Translations under genes and position numbers: made by a program | Assembly: GCA_012512855.1 (NCBI GenBank) | Contig: JAAZDK010000138.1 | Coordinates: 197-64,196, forward strand | From: Clostridiales bacterium | GTDB lineage: Bacteria; Bacillota; Clostridia; Lachnospirales; Lachnospiraceae | Reading direction: 5' to 3' | DNA length: 64,000 bases | Notes under the pieces: generated by a model | Told to the model about the DNA's origin: nothing | What the model saw: only the letters and a program-made list of their open reading frames with translations | The model's database searches: none | Shown: piece after piece, positions 20,206 through 31,041 of the stretch | How positions within the stretch are numbered: the stretch's first letter is position 1 | Layout of the letters: every line of letters begins with the position of its first letter

Positions 20206-20690
20206 AATGAAATAACCTGCCTGCAATTTTTTTACCTATATTCATTTCACACCTCTATTTTAATTATTTATCAGCTGATGACTTAATAATAAGTTATCCT
20301 TTGATATTCTTCAATGGATGCATTTCAAGTTCGGTTAAAGCAAATTTCAACTATCGATTAATTATCTGTTTTATACTGTGGAAGAATATTGTAATTTGTA
20401 CTTGAATAATTTTCTAAATATACTAATATTAAAATAGAATATATTACTAAGATTTATATGTAATTTATACATTTTCTTTGGGAATATCTATATAGGAAAA
20501 GCTTTGCTTTGCACTCAAAGCCATTATAGAATAGCCTCTTGCATAAAACCGTTAAGACGGCAGGTTGGTGACGTCATTAAGAAGAAAATACACTAATGAA
20601 AGTTCAGATATGAATAGCCGACAACTACATTATTAATAATGCATTTATAATTATATGCGTTAAATTTAAAAGAAAGTGAGGTATCAGGTT

Positions 20691-21065
20691 ATGAAGGAAT
20701 TTGAGATCTATCGTTGTAAGGTATGTGGCAATATGGTGCTTTTGGTAAAAAAGGGAGGCGGTACATTAACCTGCTGCGGAGAAAATATGGAGAAGCTGGA
20801 AGCCAATAAGGTTGATGCTTCCTTAGAAAAGCATGTTCCTGTAGTAATTAGGGAGGACGGCCGTATAAGGGTAGAGGTAGGCAGCACCCTGCATCCTATG
20901 ATTCCTGAGCACTATATTGAATGGATTGCTCTTGTATCAGGCGACAGGGTTGAGTTTAAATATCTTGAGCCCGGCGAAGACCCGATAGCCGAATTTGAGG
21001 ATGCCGAATCAGGTACGGTATTTGAATACTGCAACATCCATGGCCTTTGGAGAAAAGATTTCTAA
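20691..21065 (+). CDS. dfx: Desulfoferrodoxin (2Fe superoxide reductase)
   Basis: CKVCGN...CCG, EKHVP, HPM..EHYIEW, CNIHGLW; ATG 20691 after gaggt. Confidence 0.95.
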   Translation: MKEFEIYRCKVCGNMVLLVKKGGGTLTCCGENMEKLEANKVDASLEKHVPVVIREDGRIRVEVGSTLHPMIPEHYIEWIALVSGDRVEFKYLEPGEDPIAEFEDAESGTVFEYCNIHGLWRKDF

Positions 21066-21123
21066 ATAAAATGGCTTTTTGATTATTTGACTGAATTTAA
21101 TGAAGGCTTTAAATTAAAAAATA

Positions 21124-21168
21124 AGGCTTTTGCAAAGTAGCCGACAGGCTATTTTGCGAAAGCCTTTT
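21124..21168. terminator. Bidirectional intrinsic terminator
   Basis: aaggcttttgcaaagtagcc...ggctattttgcgaaagcctt. Confidence 0.75.
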
Positions 21169-21175
21169 GCTTATC

Positions 21176-21198
21176 GGTTGACTGCTAAAAGCAGCAGG
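21176..21198. repeat. GGTTGACTGC hairpin repeat, short variant
   Basis: ggttgactgctaaaagcagc, directly after the terminator as for copies at 16179 and 53461. Confidence 0.55.
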
Positions 21199-21238
21199 TC
21201 CGGTTTTGAAGCTTCTTTTCATCAGGTTTTATCTAATA

Positions 21239-22650
21239 TTATGCTGTTATTTCGAAGACGGTACCCATATTGAAGTCTGTAACCCTCATTGAGCCGTATA
21301 CCCCAAGATATAATTTGGTCTGCTCCTGATTGGATCCAAGGCAGGTGTAGAATGCAGCCTGTGAGCCAAAATCATAAGCAGTTTCAATTATCTGATAGTT
21401 GCTTATTCTGCAGAAGGGATTTAGCCTGCTGTAGGCCAATACGCCTCTGGCCGGTGCCTGCCCTGTGTCCCTGCGGACAAAATAAGTGAAAACAACGCAT
21501 CCGGACAGTTCGGGGATTTCATTGCCGCTATAGGCCTGCACTCCTGTCAGGGCGGTTCCGGCAAATTTGTCAGGACGCGATTCTATATGATAATAGCAGG
21601 TCAGGGGAGTGAGCTTCTTATCTGAGCATTTGATTGCATCTTCATAATAGGCAATTGTTAAATCCGGCAGGCTGCTGTTTACAGGACAGCTGCTTACCAG
21701 GGATGTGGGAAGGGCACCTTCCCAGCCCCGCCAGCCAAGGTTGATCAGTCCCTGCGTTTCAGGCTCTGCCCCTGCCGCATAAGCCTGAACCAGCTCTGTC
21801 ACAGGTATGGACCCGTATTGGTTAAACCAGAAAACAGACTCCACCAGATCCTGACCGACATTGCCTGTATATTTGATATATTGATTGTTAAACCGCTGGT
21901 AGCTTATTCCCGGGATGTTTCTGACCCCCTTGGCTATAAGCGTGATAGCAGATTGAGTCTGGGGAGGCAGCTCATCAAAGCGGGTAACAGGCGGAGGATT
22001 GTCGGTAAATACCGGCTGAGCTATATCCAGCTCAATAATCTTGCCTGCAATTTCCATGTCATTCTGGCTTAAGTTGAAGGGATCATAGCCTGAACCCCCG
22101 TCTCCAGTGGTTAGTACCAGCCTGCCATTTTCGGGAGAAAAGTTAAGGCTGTTTACTCCATTATGATTTGCAAAGGGCCTTCTCAGATTAAGCAGGGTTC
22201 GGGTCCTGATTGGTTGTGAATTTGGCAGCAGCTGCCATTCCTCAACCGTATCAATATGATCATATAGGTTTTCTCGATCCAGCCATCTAAGGCTTAGGCT
22301 CTCAGGATCACAGGGATTGGGTCTGAAGGGGCCAACCAAAGCGCCTGGGCCCTGCGTGTCGGCCAGAGAATAATGCAGATAGAACAGGCCATTATAATAA
22401 AAATGAGGATGAAACGCCAGTCCCAGCAAGCCTCTTTCATCATATCCGTTTGTGCCGCCAAGTCTTAGTATCCTGTTTCTTATATCCAAAAAATCCCAAT
22501 AAAGCCGTCTCTTATATAATATATCTCACCGGGCTGGGTTGCGACAAATATACTTTCCTGCCAGTCTCCCGGAAAGGCGGCAGTTTTTATTATTGTAGGC
22601 AGATTTATGCGGCTTAAAACGGGTTTTAGCTTCACTTTAACCTTCTTCAT
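21239..22650 (-). pseudogene. Glucose/sorbosone (PQQ-type) dehydrogenase-like beta-propeller, frameshifted at a T6 run (22488-22493)
   Basis: MKKVKV...FVATQPGEI...IGIF joins (L)DIR...ERGLLGLAFHP, NHNG, TGDGG, GVRN if one T is added. Confidence 0.8.
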
Positions 22651-22940
22651 GAAAATACTCCGGATTGTATTTACTTTATTAAATATATGAATGAGAAATA
22701 TTTTTAAAACAAGCAATAATTGACTGAATAGCCAATAATTTAATAATTCTATCCTTTGCCATGAAATGCGCAGGCTTTGCAATACTTGAAAAATTAAGCA
22801 GAATAAGCTGACAAAACATGTGTGACAATAAATTCAGGGAGAAATATTTTTCAGTTTTTCGTTAGCTTTGATATTAACGCTGGCAGGCTGTCAAATTGAC
22901 TGCCGACAGAGCTAAAGATTTTTATGAAAGAGGTGCGCAT

Positions 22941-23903
22941 ATGAATGGTTCAAAATCGGAGGATTCAAGGAGCAATAAAGCAATAAAAAGGAATAAGACA
23001 TATGCTTATATCAAAAGGTACTGGACTCTTTATCTGTTAATGCTAATCCCTTTGATTTATATTATCATTTTCCGTTATATCCCGATGACCTATATCCAGA
23101 TAGCATTTAAAAAATACAGCATTGTTCAGAATGTCTGGGAGATGGAGTTGGCCGGTAACTATGGCTTTGAATACTTCATTAAAGCCTTTTCCAACCGTGA
23201 TTTTTTGTATGCCCTGCGTAATACCCTGCTGCTGAACTTTCTGGACTTGCTAATAGGCTTTCCGGCTCCCATCATTCTGGCTTTGCTGCTGAATGAGCTG
23301 GCCTTCAAGCGTTTTAAGCGATTAACACAGACTATTGTATACATGCCACATTTCTTATCCTGGATTATTATATCAGGTTTGGCCCTGCAGCTGTTTGCAC
23401 CGACAAACGGTCTGGTAAATATAGTACTGAACCGGATGGGCTTTAAAAGCATCCCATTCCTCAATGATCCTGCCCATTGGGTATGGACATATGTACTATT
23501 GGGTGTATGGCAGAGTATAGGCTGGAATACAATAATTTATTTGGCTGCAATTACCGGCATAAATCCTGAGCTGTTTGAAGCTGCGGCGGTTGACGGCGCC
23601 GGCAGGTTCAGGCGTATATGGCATATTATATTGCCGGGATTAAGGCCGACTATAGTGGTCTTGCTTATAATGAGTCTCGGCAGAATACTTGGCAGTGAAT
23701 TTGACAGGCCATACGCCCTCAGCAACAAGCTGGTTACAAGCGTATCTAACGTAATTGCTACCTTTGTCTACACAAACGGTATCCGGGGTCTGCAATTTTC
23801 ACTTACAACAGCAGTAGGCCTCTTCCAATCGGTTATTGGTGTTATCTTTTTGACAGTTGCCAATGCCATTGCCAAGAGATTTGGTGAACGCGGCATAATC
23901 TAG
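22941..23903 (+). CDS. Carbohydrate ABC transporter permease (LplB-like)
   Basis: YMPHFLSWII, GWNTIIYLAAI, EAAAVDGAGR EAA motif, AVGLFQS. Confidence 0.92.
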   Translation: MNGSKSEDSRSNKAIKRNKTYAYIKRYWTLYLLMLIPLIYIIIFRYIPMTYIQIAFKKYSIVQNVWEMELAGNYGFEYFIKAFSNRDFLYALRNTLLLNFLDLLIGFPAPIILALLLNELAFKRFKRLTQTIVYMPHFLSWIIISGLALQLFAPTNGLVNIVLNRMGFKSIPFLNDPAHWVWTYVLLGVWQSIGWNTIIYLAAITGINPELFEAAAVDGAGRFRRIWHIILPGLRPTIVVLLIMSLGRILGSEFDRPYALSNKLVTSVSNVIATFVYTNGIRGLQFSLTTAVGLFQSVIGVIFLTVANAIAKRFGERGII

Positions 23904-23919
23904 AAAAGGAGGTGCAGGC

Positions 23920-24789
23920 ATGATCAAATCCCATAAGACCAGAATTGCAGACTGGATAATCGCTTTTATTTGCTTTCTGTTTATTTTAATTTGTCTCCTG
24001 CCTTTGGTAAATGTCCTGGCCAGATCTCTTAGCTCTGCGGAGGCATTAATCCGCAATGAGGTTACGCTGCTTCCGGTGGGTTTGAATTTTGACGCTTACA
24101 AAACAGTTCTCGGTGATTCAAAATATGTCTGGTCACTGATATGGACAGCGATCTTGACAGGTATTTGCACCATAGTATCTCTGTTTATGACGACTATATG
24201 TGCTTACCCTCTGGTAATAGACGGCTTCAAAGGTAAACGCCTTTTCAATACAATTTTCATTATTACCATGTATTTTAATGCAGGTGTAATTCCAAACTAC
24301 CTGCTTTTGAAGGATTTAAGGCTGTTAAATCATCCTTTGGTTCTGATAATTCCGAATTGCTTAAGCGTATTTAACATGATAATAATGCGCAGCTTTTTCT
24401 TCGGAATTCCGGAAAGCCTCAGGGAAGCCGCGCAAATAGACGGTGCCGGCTTTATCAGGATTTTGGTAAAGATATATTTGCCACTGAGCAAGCCTGTGCT
24501 GGCTACACTGGCCCTCTTTTATGCAGTAGGACGCTGGAACGGATTTTCCGACGCATTAATGTATATGAACAACAGAAAATATTATCCTATTCAGCTGCTG
24601 CTGTACAACATTTTAAACAATGTTATGCAGGTAGAGGTGGCTGCTCAGGAGGGCTTTTCAACGCCGGGATTATCGGAAACATTAAAGGCGGCCACGGTCA
24701 TGTTTGCTACAATACCAATCCTGTTGATTTATCCATGGCTGCAAAAATATTTCATAGCAGGTGTTACCTTGGGAGCAGTAAAAGAATAA
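23920..24789 (+). CDS. Carbohydrate ABC transporter permease (LplC-like)
   Basis: TMYFNAG.IPNY, EAAQIDGA, LFYAVGRWN, YPWLQKYF..GV.LGAVKE. Confidence 0.92.
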   Translation: MIKSHKTRIADWIIAFICFLFILICLLPLVNVLARSLSSAEALIRNEVTLLPVGLNFDAYKTVLGDSKYVWSLIWTAILTGICTIVSLFMTTICAYPLVIDGFKGKRLFNTIFIITMYFNAGVIPNYLLLKDLRLLNHPLVLIIPNCLSVFNMIIMRSFFFGIPESLREAAQIDGAGFIRILVKIYLPLSKPVLATLALFYAVGRWNGFSDALMYMNNRKYYPIQLLLYNILNNVMQVEVAAQEGFSTPGLSETLKAATVMFATIPILLIYPWLQKYFIAGVTLGAVKE

Positions 24790-24886
24790 GGCAATTGTGA
24801 CAAGATTTTACACACAAAAATTGTCGAATAGCAGTTTTGCTAAGTGGACACAATGATTATCAGCAGATAAAAAGAGGAGGATGATT

Positions 24887-26560
24887 ATGAAAAGGCTTTT
24901 TTCAATATTACTGATCTGTACCTTGCTTGCCTCCGGATTAATAGCCTGCGGCAAGAAGATTACGGACAATACGGGTGGAAAAGACCAGAACAACAACGCT
25001 ACTGTAACTCCTGGTGGGGGTGCAGGCAATGAAGAGATTGTGGATCGCAAATTTACGAAGACAAGAAAGATAACCGTTGAGGTCTTTGACCGGGGTAATG
25101 AAGGAGGAACACCGCCCGAAAACAACTTCTACACCAACTTTATAAAGGAAGTTGTATTAAGAGATCATAATATCGAGGTTACCTTTGTTCCTGTTCCCCG
25201 ATGGACAGAGGTGGAGCAGATTAATAACCGTCTGGCAGCCGGTGATGCGCCTGATATTTGTGTAACCTATGACTATCCTACCATTCAAACCTATGCCAAC
25301 ATGGGCGGAGTACTTGATTTAAACCCATATCTTGAGCAATACAAGGATATGCTGCCTAATTTATATGGCCTTTTGACCGAGACAAACATCAACTGGAACA
25401 AAAACCCTGAAACCGGCGCCATATGGGCAATTGAGGCGCGTCTTGCCAACCCTCAGCGTATTAATACCTTCGTACGTGAGGACTGGCTTAAGAAGCTCAA
25501 TATACCTGAGCCTACAACTCTGGAAGAGTTTGAGGACATGCTCCAGACCTTTAAGGACAATGCCAAAACACTTCTGGGCAAGGATGCCGATAAAATGGTG
25601 CCCTTCTCCATCAGCTATGATGTGGGCTGGCGGGCAGATCATTTGCTAGCTTCATATGTACCTGACAATCTTTCTGAGAAGGATGCATATATTTATGGCT
25701 TTGATGACAGAAAATTCTTATACCCCGGAATTAAGGAGGGTGTAAGAAAGCTGAATGAATGGTACAACAAGGGCTTAATCTGGAAAGACTTCGCCCTTTA
25801 CGGCTCAGGCGATACCACTGAGGATAATATGATGAAGGCCGGCTATGTCGGGGCATTTATTCACAACTGGGACTACCCCTACCGAAACGGTGAAGACAGT
25901 ATTAACAATAACCTCAAGCGATTGGTGGGTGAGGATGCAAACTATGTGGCCGTAATGCCCTTTAAAAACGACGCAGGCTTTTATAGAAAATTCCTACCTG
26001 GCCCTGTAGACCGCAAGGTTTTCTTCCCGTCTACCAACGATGAGCCGCTGGCATCTTTGCTGTATCTTGACTGGATCAGCAAGCTGGAAAACCGTATGTT
26101 TTTACAGATAGGCGAGGAAGGCGTAACTCATGAAAAGCTTGAGGACGGATCTGTAAAAATGCTTGCCACCAAGGGAGAGAAGATTATGAACTCACCCAAC
26201 AATATCGACTATACGATAACTATAAACGGCCTTGATATAGGTGATCAGGAATTAAATATTAAATCCATCGCTTTAGGCTATGTGGGTGTGGATCCCAGTT
26301 ATATTGAGAAGGCATATAAATACAGTGTGGAGGATGGCCGTTATTCCCAGAACTATAACTTTGGCGAGATAACCTCAGAAACAGGTATGGGTCCTGCCCT
26401 CAGTGAAAAGAGAAATACCGTCCTGACTCAGTCGGTGGTTGCCGCTCCTGATAAATTCGATGCCGTATTTGACCAGGGCTATAATGATTACCTGAACTCA
26501 GGCGGACAGGCTATAATTGACGAACGCAAGACGGCATGGGAAAACGCAATGGAGCAATAA
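24887..26560 (+). CDS. Extracellular solute-binding lipoprotein (LplA-like)
   Basis: Lipobox LIAC; AAGDAPDI; FVREDWLKKL...PTTLEEF; RBS gaggagg. Confidence 0.9.
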   Translation: MKRLFSILLICTLLASGLIACGKKITDNTGGKDQNNNATVTPGGGAGNEEIVDRKFTKTRKITVEVFDRGNEGGTPPENNFYTNFIKEVVLRDHNIEVTFVPVPRWTEVEQINNRLAAGDAPDICVTYDYPTIQTYANMGGVLDLNPYLEQYKDMLPNLYGLLTETNINWNKNPETGAIWAIEARLANPQRINTFVREDWLKKLNIPEPTTLEEFEDMLQTFKDNAKTLLGKDADKMVPFSISYDVGWRADHLLASYVPDNLSEKDAYIYGFDDRKFLYPGIKEGVRKLNEWYNKGLIWKDFALYGSGDTTEDNMMKAGYVGAFIHNWDYPYRNGEDSINNNLKRLVGEDANYVAVMPFKNDAGFYRKFLPGPVDRKVFFPSTNDEPLASLLYLDWISKLENRMFLQIGEEGVTHEKLEDGSVKMLATKGEKIMNSPNNIDYTITINGLDIGDQELNIKSIALGYVGVDPSYIEKAYKYSVEDGRYSQNYNFGEITSETGMGPALSEKRNTVLTQSVVAAPDKFDAVFDQGYNDYLNSGGQAIIDERKTAWENAMEQ

Positions 26561-26594
26561 TTGGAAATTATAGAGTTGAGAGTACACTAAATTA

Positions 26595-26623
26595 TTAATG
26601 GGCTGTCAGGGACAGCCCATTAA
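26595..26623. terminator. Bidirectional intrinsic terminator
   Basis: ttaatgggctgtc-agg-gacagcccattaa. Confidence 0.7.
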
Positions 26624-26702
26624 ATTTAATCACATACGATGAAGCTTATAGGATAAGAAATCCCGGACGTATTTCCTTGCGCTTTAATTTACCGGATACT
26701 AA

Positions 26703-28745
26703 TTAATAAAACATCTCGAAGGTCTCCAATATTTGATTAAATGCAGGCTTTGGCTGAAGGCCACTGTCAAAAAGCCGTGATGTATTGGTATCATTGGAAT
26801 AGAGCATATATCCGTCCATCAGGCCGAAGAAGGTGACAGCAGTTATATTGGCCTTGCCACCTGAAGCGGTATCCAGTGATTGCAGCAGGCGCATGATGGA
26901 AGCGTATCTGACACCCTGTGCCTCAAAGGCTTCTCTTGAAGTGCCTTCGGCGCTAATGGACAGCTCTGTAATCTGTATCTCAAGCCCCAGCTCTGCATAT
27001 TTGCTTATAGCATCCTTAATGGTGCCCAGGGCGGGATAGGAAATGCCCCAATAGCCTTGCATGCCTATACCGTCGATAAGGCCCTTGCTGTTTAAATATT
27101 CACACAATTTGTAGATGTTTTCAAGCTTTTTGGGATCATATGCGTTGTAGTCATTATAAAAGAGCGAAACACCCTCGGCAGCATATTTTCTTGCATAGGT
27201 GAAGGCCATTTCTACATATTCCTCTCCGATAACTTGGTACCAGAGATTGGGCTTGCCGTCGTCGTAGCTTTTTCTGCAGTAGAAGAAGCTGCCTGAATCT
27301 CCGGCTGATGAGGGCTCAACCGCCTCATTTACCACATCCCAGCAATATACCACCCCCGGATATTTTTCCTGGACATAGGTCAGATACTGCCTGATATAGC
27401 TTTCAAGGCGGTAAAGCATTGTTTCGCGATCTACCAGGGGGCCGTCATTGGTATATCCTTCCCTGAAGAACCATTCAGGGGTCTGGGCATGCCATACCAG
27501 GGTATGACCACGAAGCTGCACGCCGTTTTCCATGCACCAGGCAAGGACAGGATCGCAGTTGCTAAAGCTTAATGCCGGATCCTTGATTCCCTGGGCCGCA
27601 TTCTGCATGCTGCGGGCCTGATCCAGAATATAGGCCGGCTTCATCAGATTAGTGAGGGTTACGCTGTTAAAATGCTTTTTGACCACTATCATATATTCGG
27701 GCGAGTTGATGGCGCAATTGCTCAGGGCGCTTCCGTACAAGCCTGCGCCCAGCCTGAAATAGTCCGAGCACATATCCTTAAGAGAAGGAGCTGTCAGGGC
27801 AGCACTCAGATCAAATGGGCTGTCTGAGAATGCTTCCAGCTGGGCCTGCCATAACGGGTCGACAGGATATGAAGCAGGGGAGGCTACGGATGCTATTGCA
27901 GGAATTGTTTCCTCAGTGTAATCTGTTGTAGTGATATTGAAGGCCTTGACGGTACCCGGCTTGTAATAGTAGCTTTGCAATGCAAGCCCATTTTCAAATT
28001 CAAGCAGAGCTGTAACATATGGATAGGAATAGCTGCCTGCATAGGCATACAGAAGGGATTTTACCCGGAGGTATTTGCCCAGCCTGGAGGTCAAATCGGT
28101 CCAGATTTTTTTGTGCTCATCCTTGGTCACCATGGAGCTGTAATCCCCATCTATATAGGTGTCATACAAAAGATTAACCCCTTCTTCGTTATTCATCAGC
28201 TTGATACTTGCCAGGGCGGCTTTTACCATGGAATACTCGCAGGGCATTGCATCAATAGCTAATAGCTCGTCTCCGTCATAGTACATATTCACAGCCCACT
28301 GTCCTCTGGAAAAGTTAGCGTCAGATTCGCCCGCATTGCCGGCACTGCATTGCCAGAAGAGCTGTATTAGCCTTACTGCTTTGTCGTTGTATATAACCTT
28401 GTCAAATATATAGGCATTCAGGGTTGTATCATATATACCCATTTTGGCACCGAGCTCCGCATCCTTATTAAATATTATCTCCAGTGCCAATTTGTCAGCC
28501 TGAGCTATCAGCTCCTCAGTATCGGCTGCATCCATACCGCTTGTGTCCTTTTGCCCTGTGGCACTATCGGAGGCCGATGTGCCATTTGATTTCGCATCAT
28601 TATTTTCTGATGCGGTATCATTGACACCTGATACCTTTTCTGTTGCTTCATTTGCGCTGTCCTTACTGCCGGAGCAAGCCGTCAGGCTTAAGGCTGCCGC
28701 CGCAAGAATTATAAGGGCAGCAATTAGAAATAACTTCTTGAACAT
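26703..28745 (-). CDS. GH10 endo-1,4-beta-xylanase lipoprotein with an extra N-terminal domain
   Basis: Lipobox LTAC; NLMKP, RGHTLVWHAQ, WDVVNE (acid/base), YNDYN, DGIGMQ, ITEL (nucleophile). Confidence 0.92.
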   Translation of the reverse strand: MFKKLFLIAALIILAAAALSLTACSGSKDSANEATEKVSGVNDTASENNDAKSNGTSASDSATGQKDTSGMDAADTEELIAQADKLALEIIFNKDAELGAKMGIYDTTLNAYIFDKVIYNDKAVRLIQLFWQCSAGNAGESDANFSRGQWAVNMYYDGDELLAIDAMPCEYSMVKAALASIKLMNNEEGVNLLYDTYIDGDYSSMVTKDEHKKIWTDLTSRLGKYLRVKSLLYAYAGSYSYPYVTALLEFENGLALQSYYYKPGTVKAFNITTTDYTEETIPAIASVASPASYPVDPLWQAQLEAFSDSPFDLSAALTAPSLKDMCSDYFRLGAGLYGSALSNCAINSPEYMIVVKKHFNSVTLTNLMKPAYILDQARSMQNAAQGIKDPALSFSNCDPVLAWCMENGVQLRGHTLVWHAQTPEWFFREGYTNDGPLVDRETMLYRLESYIRQYLTYVQEKYPGVVYCWDVVNEAVEPSSAGDSGSFFYCRKSYDDGKPNLWYQVIGEEYVEMAFTYARKYAAEGVSLFYNDYNAYDPKKLENIYKLCEYLNSKGLIDGIGMQGYWGISYPALGTIKDAISKYAELGLEIQITELSISAEGTSREAFEAQGVRYASIMRLLQSLDTASGGKANITAVTFFGLMDGYMLYSNDTNTSRLFDSGLQPKPAFNQILETFEMFY

Positions 28746-28972
28746 AGCTCTGATCCTCCAATTTTGTCAGCATTTTGTACTGCTTACTGCAATTTATTAC
28801 AGCATATTTATATAAATTGCAAGAAAGCACAAAAGGAAAAAAAGATACTTTATGGTAATAATTCATAACTATGATAAAATATAAATTAAAAAATATCCAT
28901 AGCAAAAAAAATATATATACGCCTTTTTTCTTATATTGTCAGTGATAAAGGGCAGGATGGAGGGGAAAAATA

Positions 28973-30844
28973 ATGGATTTTTTTGGCAGGCCATCAATGG
29001 GACGACCCGGTGGACCAAGAGGACCCAGAGGCTTTCTGACAGAGGAAGAAAAGTCGAACAAGCCCAAGATTACCATGGCTTTGGTAAAGAGGATAGCAAG
29101 CTATCTGATACCCTACTGGAAGCAGACCCTGATAGTGTTAATAATGATTTTTATAGCGGCGGTACTGGGCCTGATGCCTTCAATACTGACAGGAAGAATC
29201 ATTGATGAAGGTCTTATAGGCAGAGATTTTTCCCTGCTTGTCCGTTACATAGCACTTTCCTTTGGAGTAGTGGTATTGTCCAACCTTATTGGTGTTGTAG
29301 AAAGCTATACAAATACATGGATTGCGCAGCACATAGCCTTTGATATGCGCAACAGGATGTTTGCCCATCTGCAGGCCATGTCACATCGTTTTTTTACCAG
29401 CAGCAGACAGGGTGATATTATTACCAGAATGACCAGTGATATCGCCGGTGTCCAGATGGTTATTACCAATACTTTTACCAGTATAATCAGAAATGTCATA
29501 GTTTTGGTGACCGCTCTTTATGCCATGTTCAGCATGAACTGGCTGCTTGCCATAATAGCGCTGGTTATCGTTCCGCTGTTTAGTATACCTACAAAGCAGG
29601 TGGGAAAATCAAGATGGAAGCTGGCCAGACAGTCTCAGGAGTGTAATGATGAGATAAACGGCATATTGAATGAGACGCTGAGTGTAAGCGGCCAGCTCCT
29701 GGTAAAGCTGTTCACCAACGAAAAATATGAGTATGACAAATATGTTAAGGCTAATGCAAGAATGGTAAAGCTTAATATCAGGGAAAGCTTAACCGGACGC
29801 TGGTTCGGTGTTGCCATAAACACCTTTACCAATATTGGCCCAATGCTTATATATCTGGCAGGCGGAATTTTAATAATGAAATTTGACAGCAGCCTTACTG
29901 TCGGTGACATATCGGTAATGGTTGCCCTGCTGGGCAGAATGTATCAGCCGATTAATTCCCTGATGAATATCCAGGTGGATTTGATCCGCTCCATGGCCTT
30001 GTTTACCCGCATATTTGAATATTATGACATGCCGGTGGATATAAAGAATGCTCCGGATGCAGTTATTCCACCCTACATAACAGGCAATCTAAGGTTTGAG
30101 GATGTAAGCTTTTATTATGACGAAAAAGTGCCTATACTGAAGGGGATTAATTTTACCCTTGAGGAAGGAAGGTCGATAGCGATTGTAGGTCCGTCCGGAG
30201 CAGGTAAGAGCACTATAATCAACCTGATTCCGAGGCTTTATGATGTAACAGGTGGCAGGATTTTGCTGGACGGTATAGATATAAGAAAGCTTGACTTGAA
30301 TTTCCTCAGGAGAAATATCGGTATAGTTACCCAGGATACATATCTGTTCAACGGAACCATTCGGGAGAATTTGCTATATGCCCGCTTTGATGCCACTGAC
30401 GAGGAGCTGATTGAGGCCTGTAAGAAGGCAAATATTCATGATTTTATCATGGCACAGCCGGATGGATATGATACTGTTGTAGGAAACAGGGGCCTGAAGC
30501 TTTCAGGCGGAGAGAAGCAGCGTATATCGATAGCCAGGGTAATACTGAAGGACCCTGCTATTATGATATTTGACGAAGCCACATCCAGCCTTGACTCAAT
30601 ATCGGAAAGCCTGATACAGGATGCCATCGAGCCTTTGATTAAAGGACGCACCAGTATAATCATAGCCCACAGACTATCTACCATAATGGCTGTTGATGAA
30701 ATTCTTGTCATATCAGGCGGACGGGTGGTGGAGCAGGGTACCCATCATGAGCTGGTAGCCAGGGGTGGCGTATATACCGAGCTGTATGAGACACAGTTCC
30801 GCAGGGCATTGGATGACTATGAGGCTCGCAGGGCAGTGCAGTAG
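28973..30844 (+). CDS. ABC exporter, fused permease/ATP-binding
   Basis: Six-TM region; GPSGAGKST, LSGGEKQR, IFDEATSSLD, IAHRLST. Confidence 0.93.
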   Translation: MDFFGRPSMGRPGGPRGPRGFLTEEEKSNKPKITMALVKRIASYLIPYWKQTLIVLIMIFIAAVLGLMPSILTGRIIDEGLIGRDFSLLVRYIALSFGVVVLSNLIGVVESYTNTWIAQHIAFDMRNRMFAHLQAMSHRFFTSSRQGDIITRMTSDIAGVQMVITNTFTSIIRNVIVLVTALYAMFSMNWLLAIIALVIVPLFSIPTKQVGKSRWKLARQSQECNDEINGILNETLSVSGQLLVKLFTNEKYEYDKYVKANARMVKLNIRESLTGRWFGVAINTFTNIGPMLIYLAGGILIMKFDSSLTVGDISVMVALLGRMYQPINSLMNIQVDLIRSMALFTRIFEYYDMPVDIKNAPDAVIPPYITGNLRFEDVSFYYDEKVPILKGINFTLEEGRSIAIVGPSGAGKSTIINLIPRLYDVTGGRILLDGIDIRKLDLNFLRRNIGIVTQDTYLFNGTIRENLLYARFDATDEELIEACKKANIHDFIMAQPDGYDTVVGNRGLKLSGGEKQRISIARVILKDPAIMIFDEATSSLDSISESLIQDAIEPLIKGRTSIIIAHRLSTIMAVDEILVISGGRVVEQGTHHELVARGGVYTELYETQFRRALDDYEARRAVQ

Positions 30845-31041
30845 AATTTGATGGTATATCGTAATTTTTGCTTATATGATTTGATATTAGTTTAACGCGA
30901 AATTTGATACGAATGTAACAATCCTTATATTGTTTTCCATAATTTTATGTTATAATACTATCGTAGTACCATCAATAACCAGCAGGAAGCAGGAGGTTGA
31001 GGGTGGCTGCATAAAAACCAGCAGAAGGTGGAGGGAATTTT

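Noticed and set aside
20564-20622. Hammerhead ribozyme (tgacg...gaaa three-way junction)
   Set aside because: Core reads GUGACGU rather than CUGANGA, and the A15.1-U16.1 pair is missing
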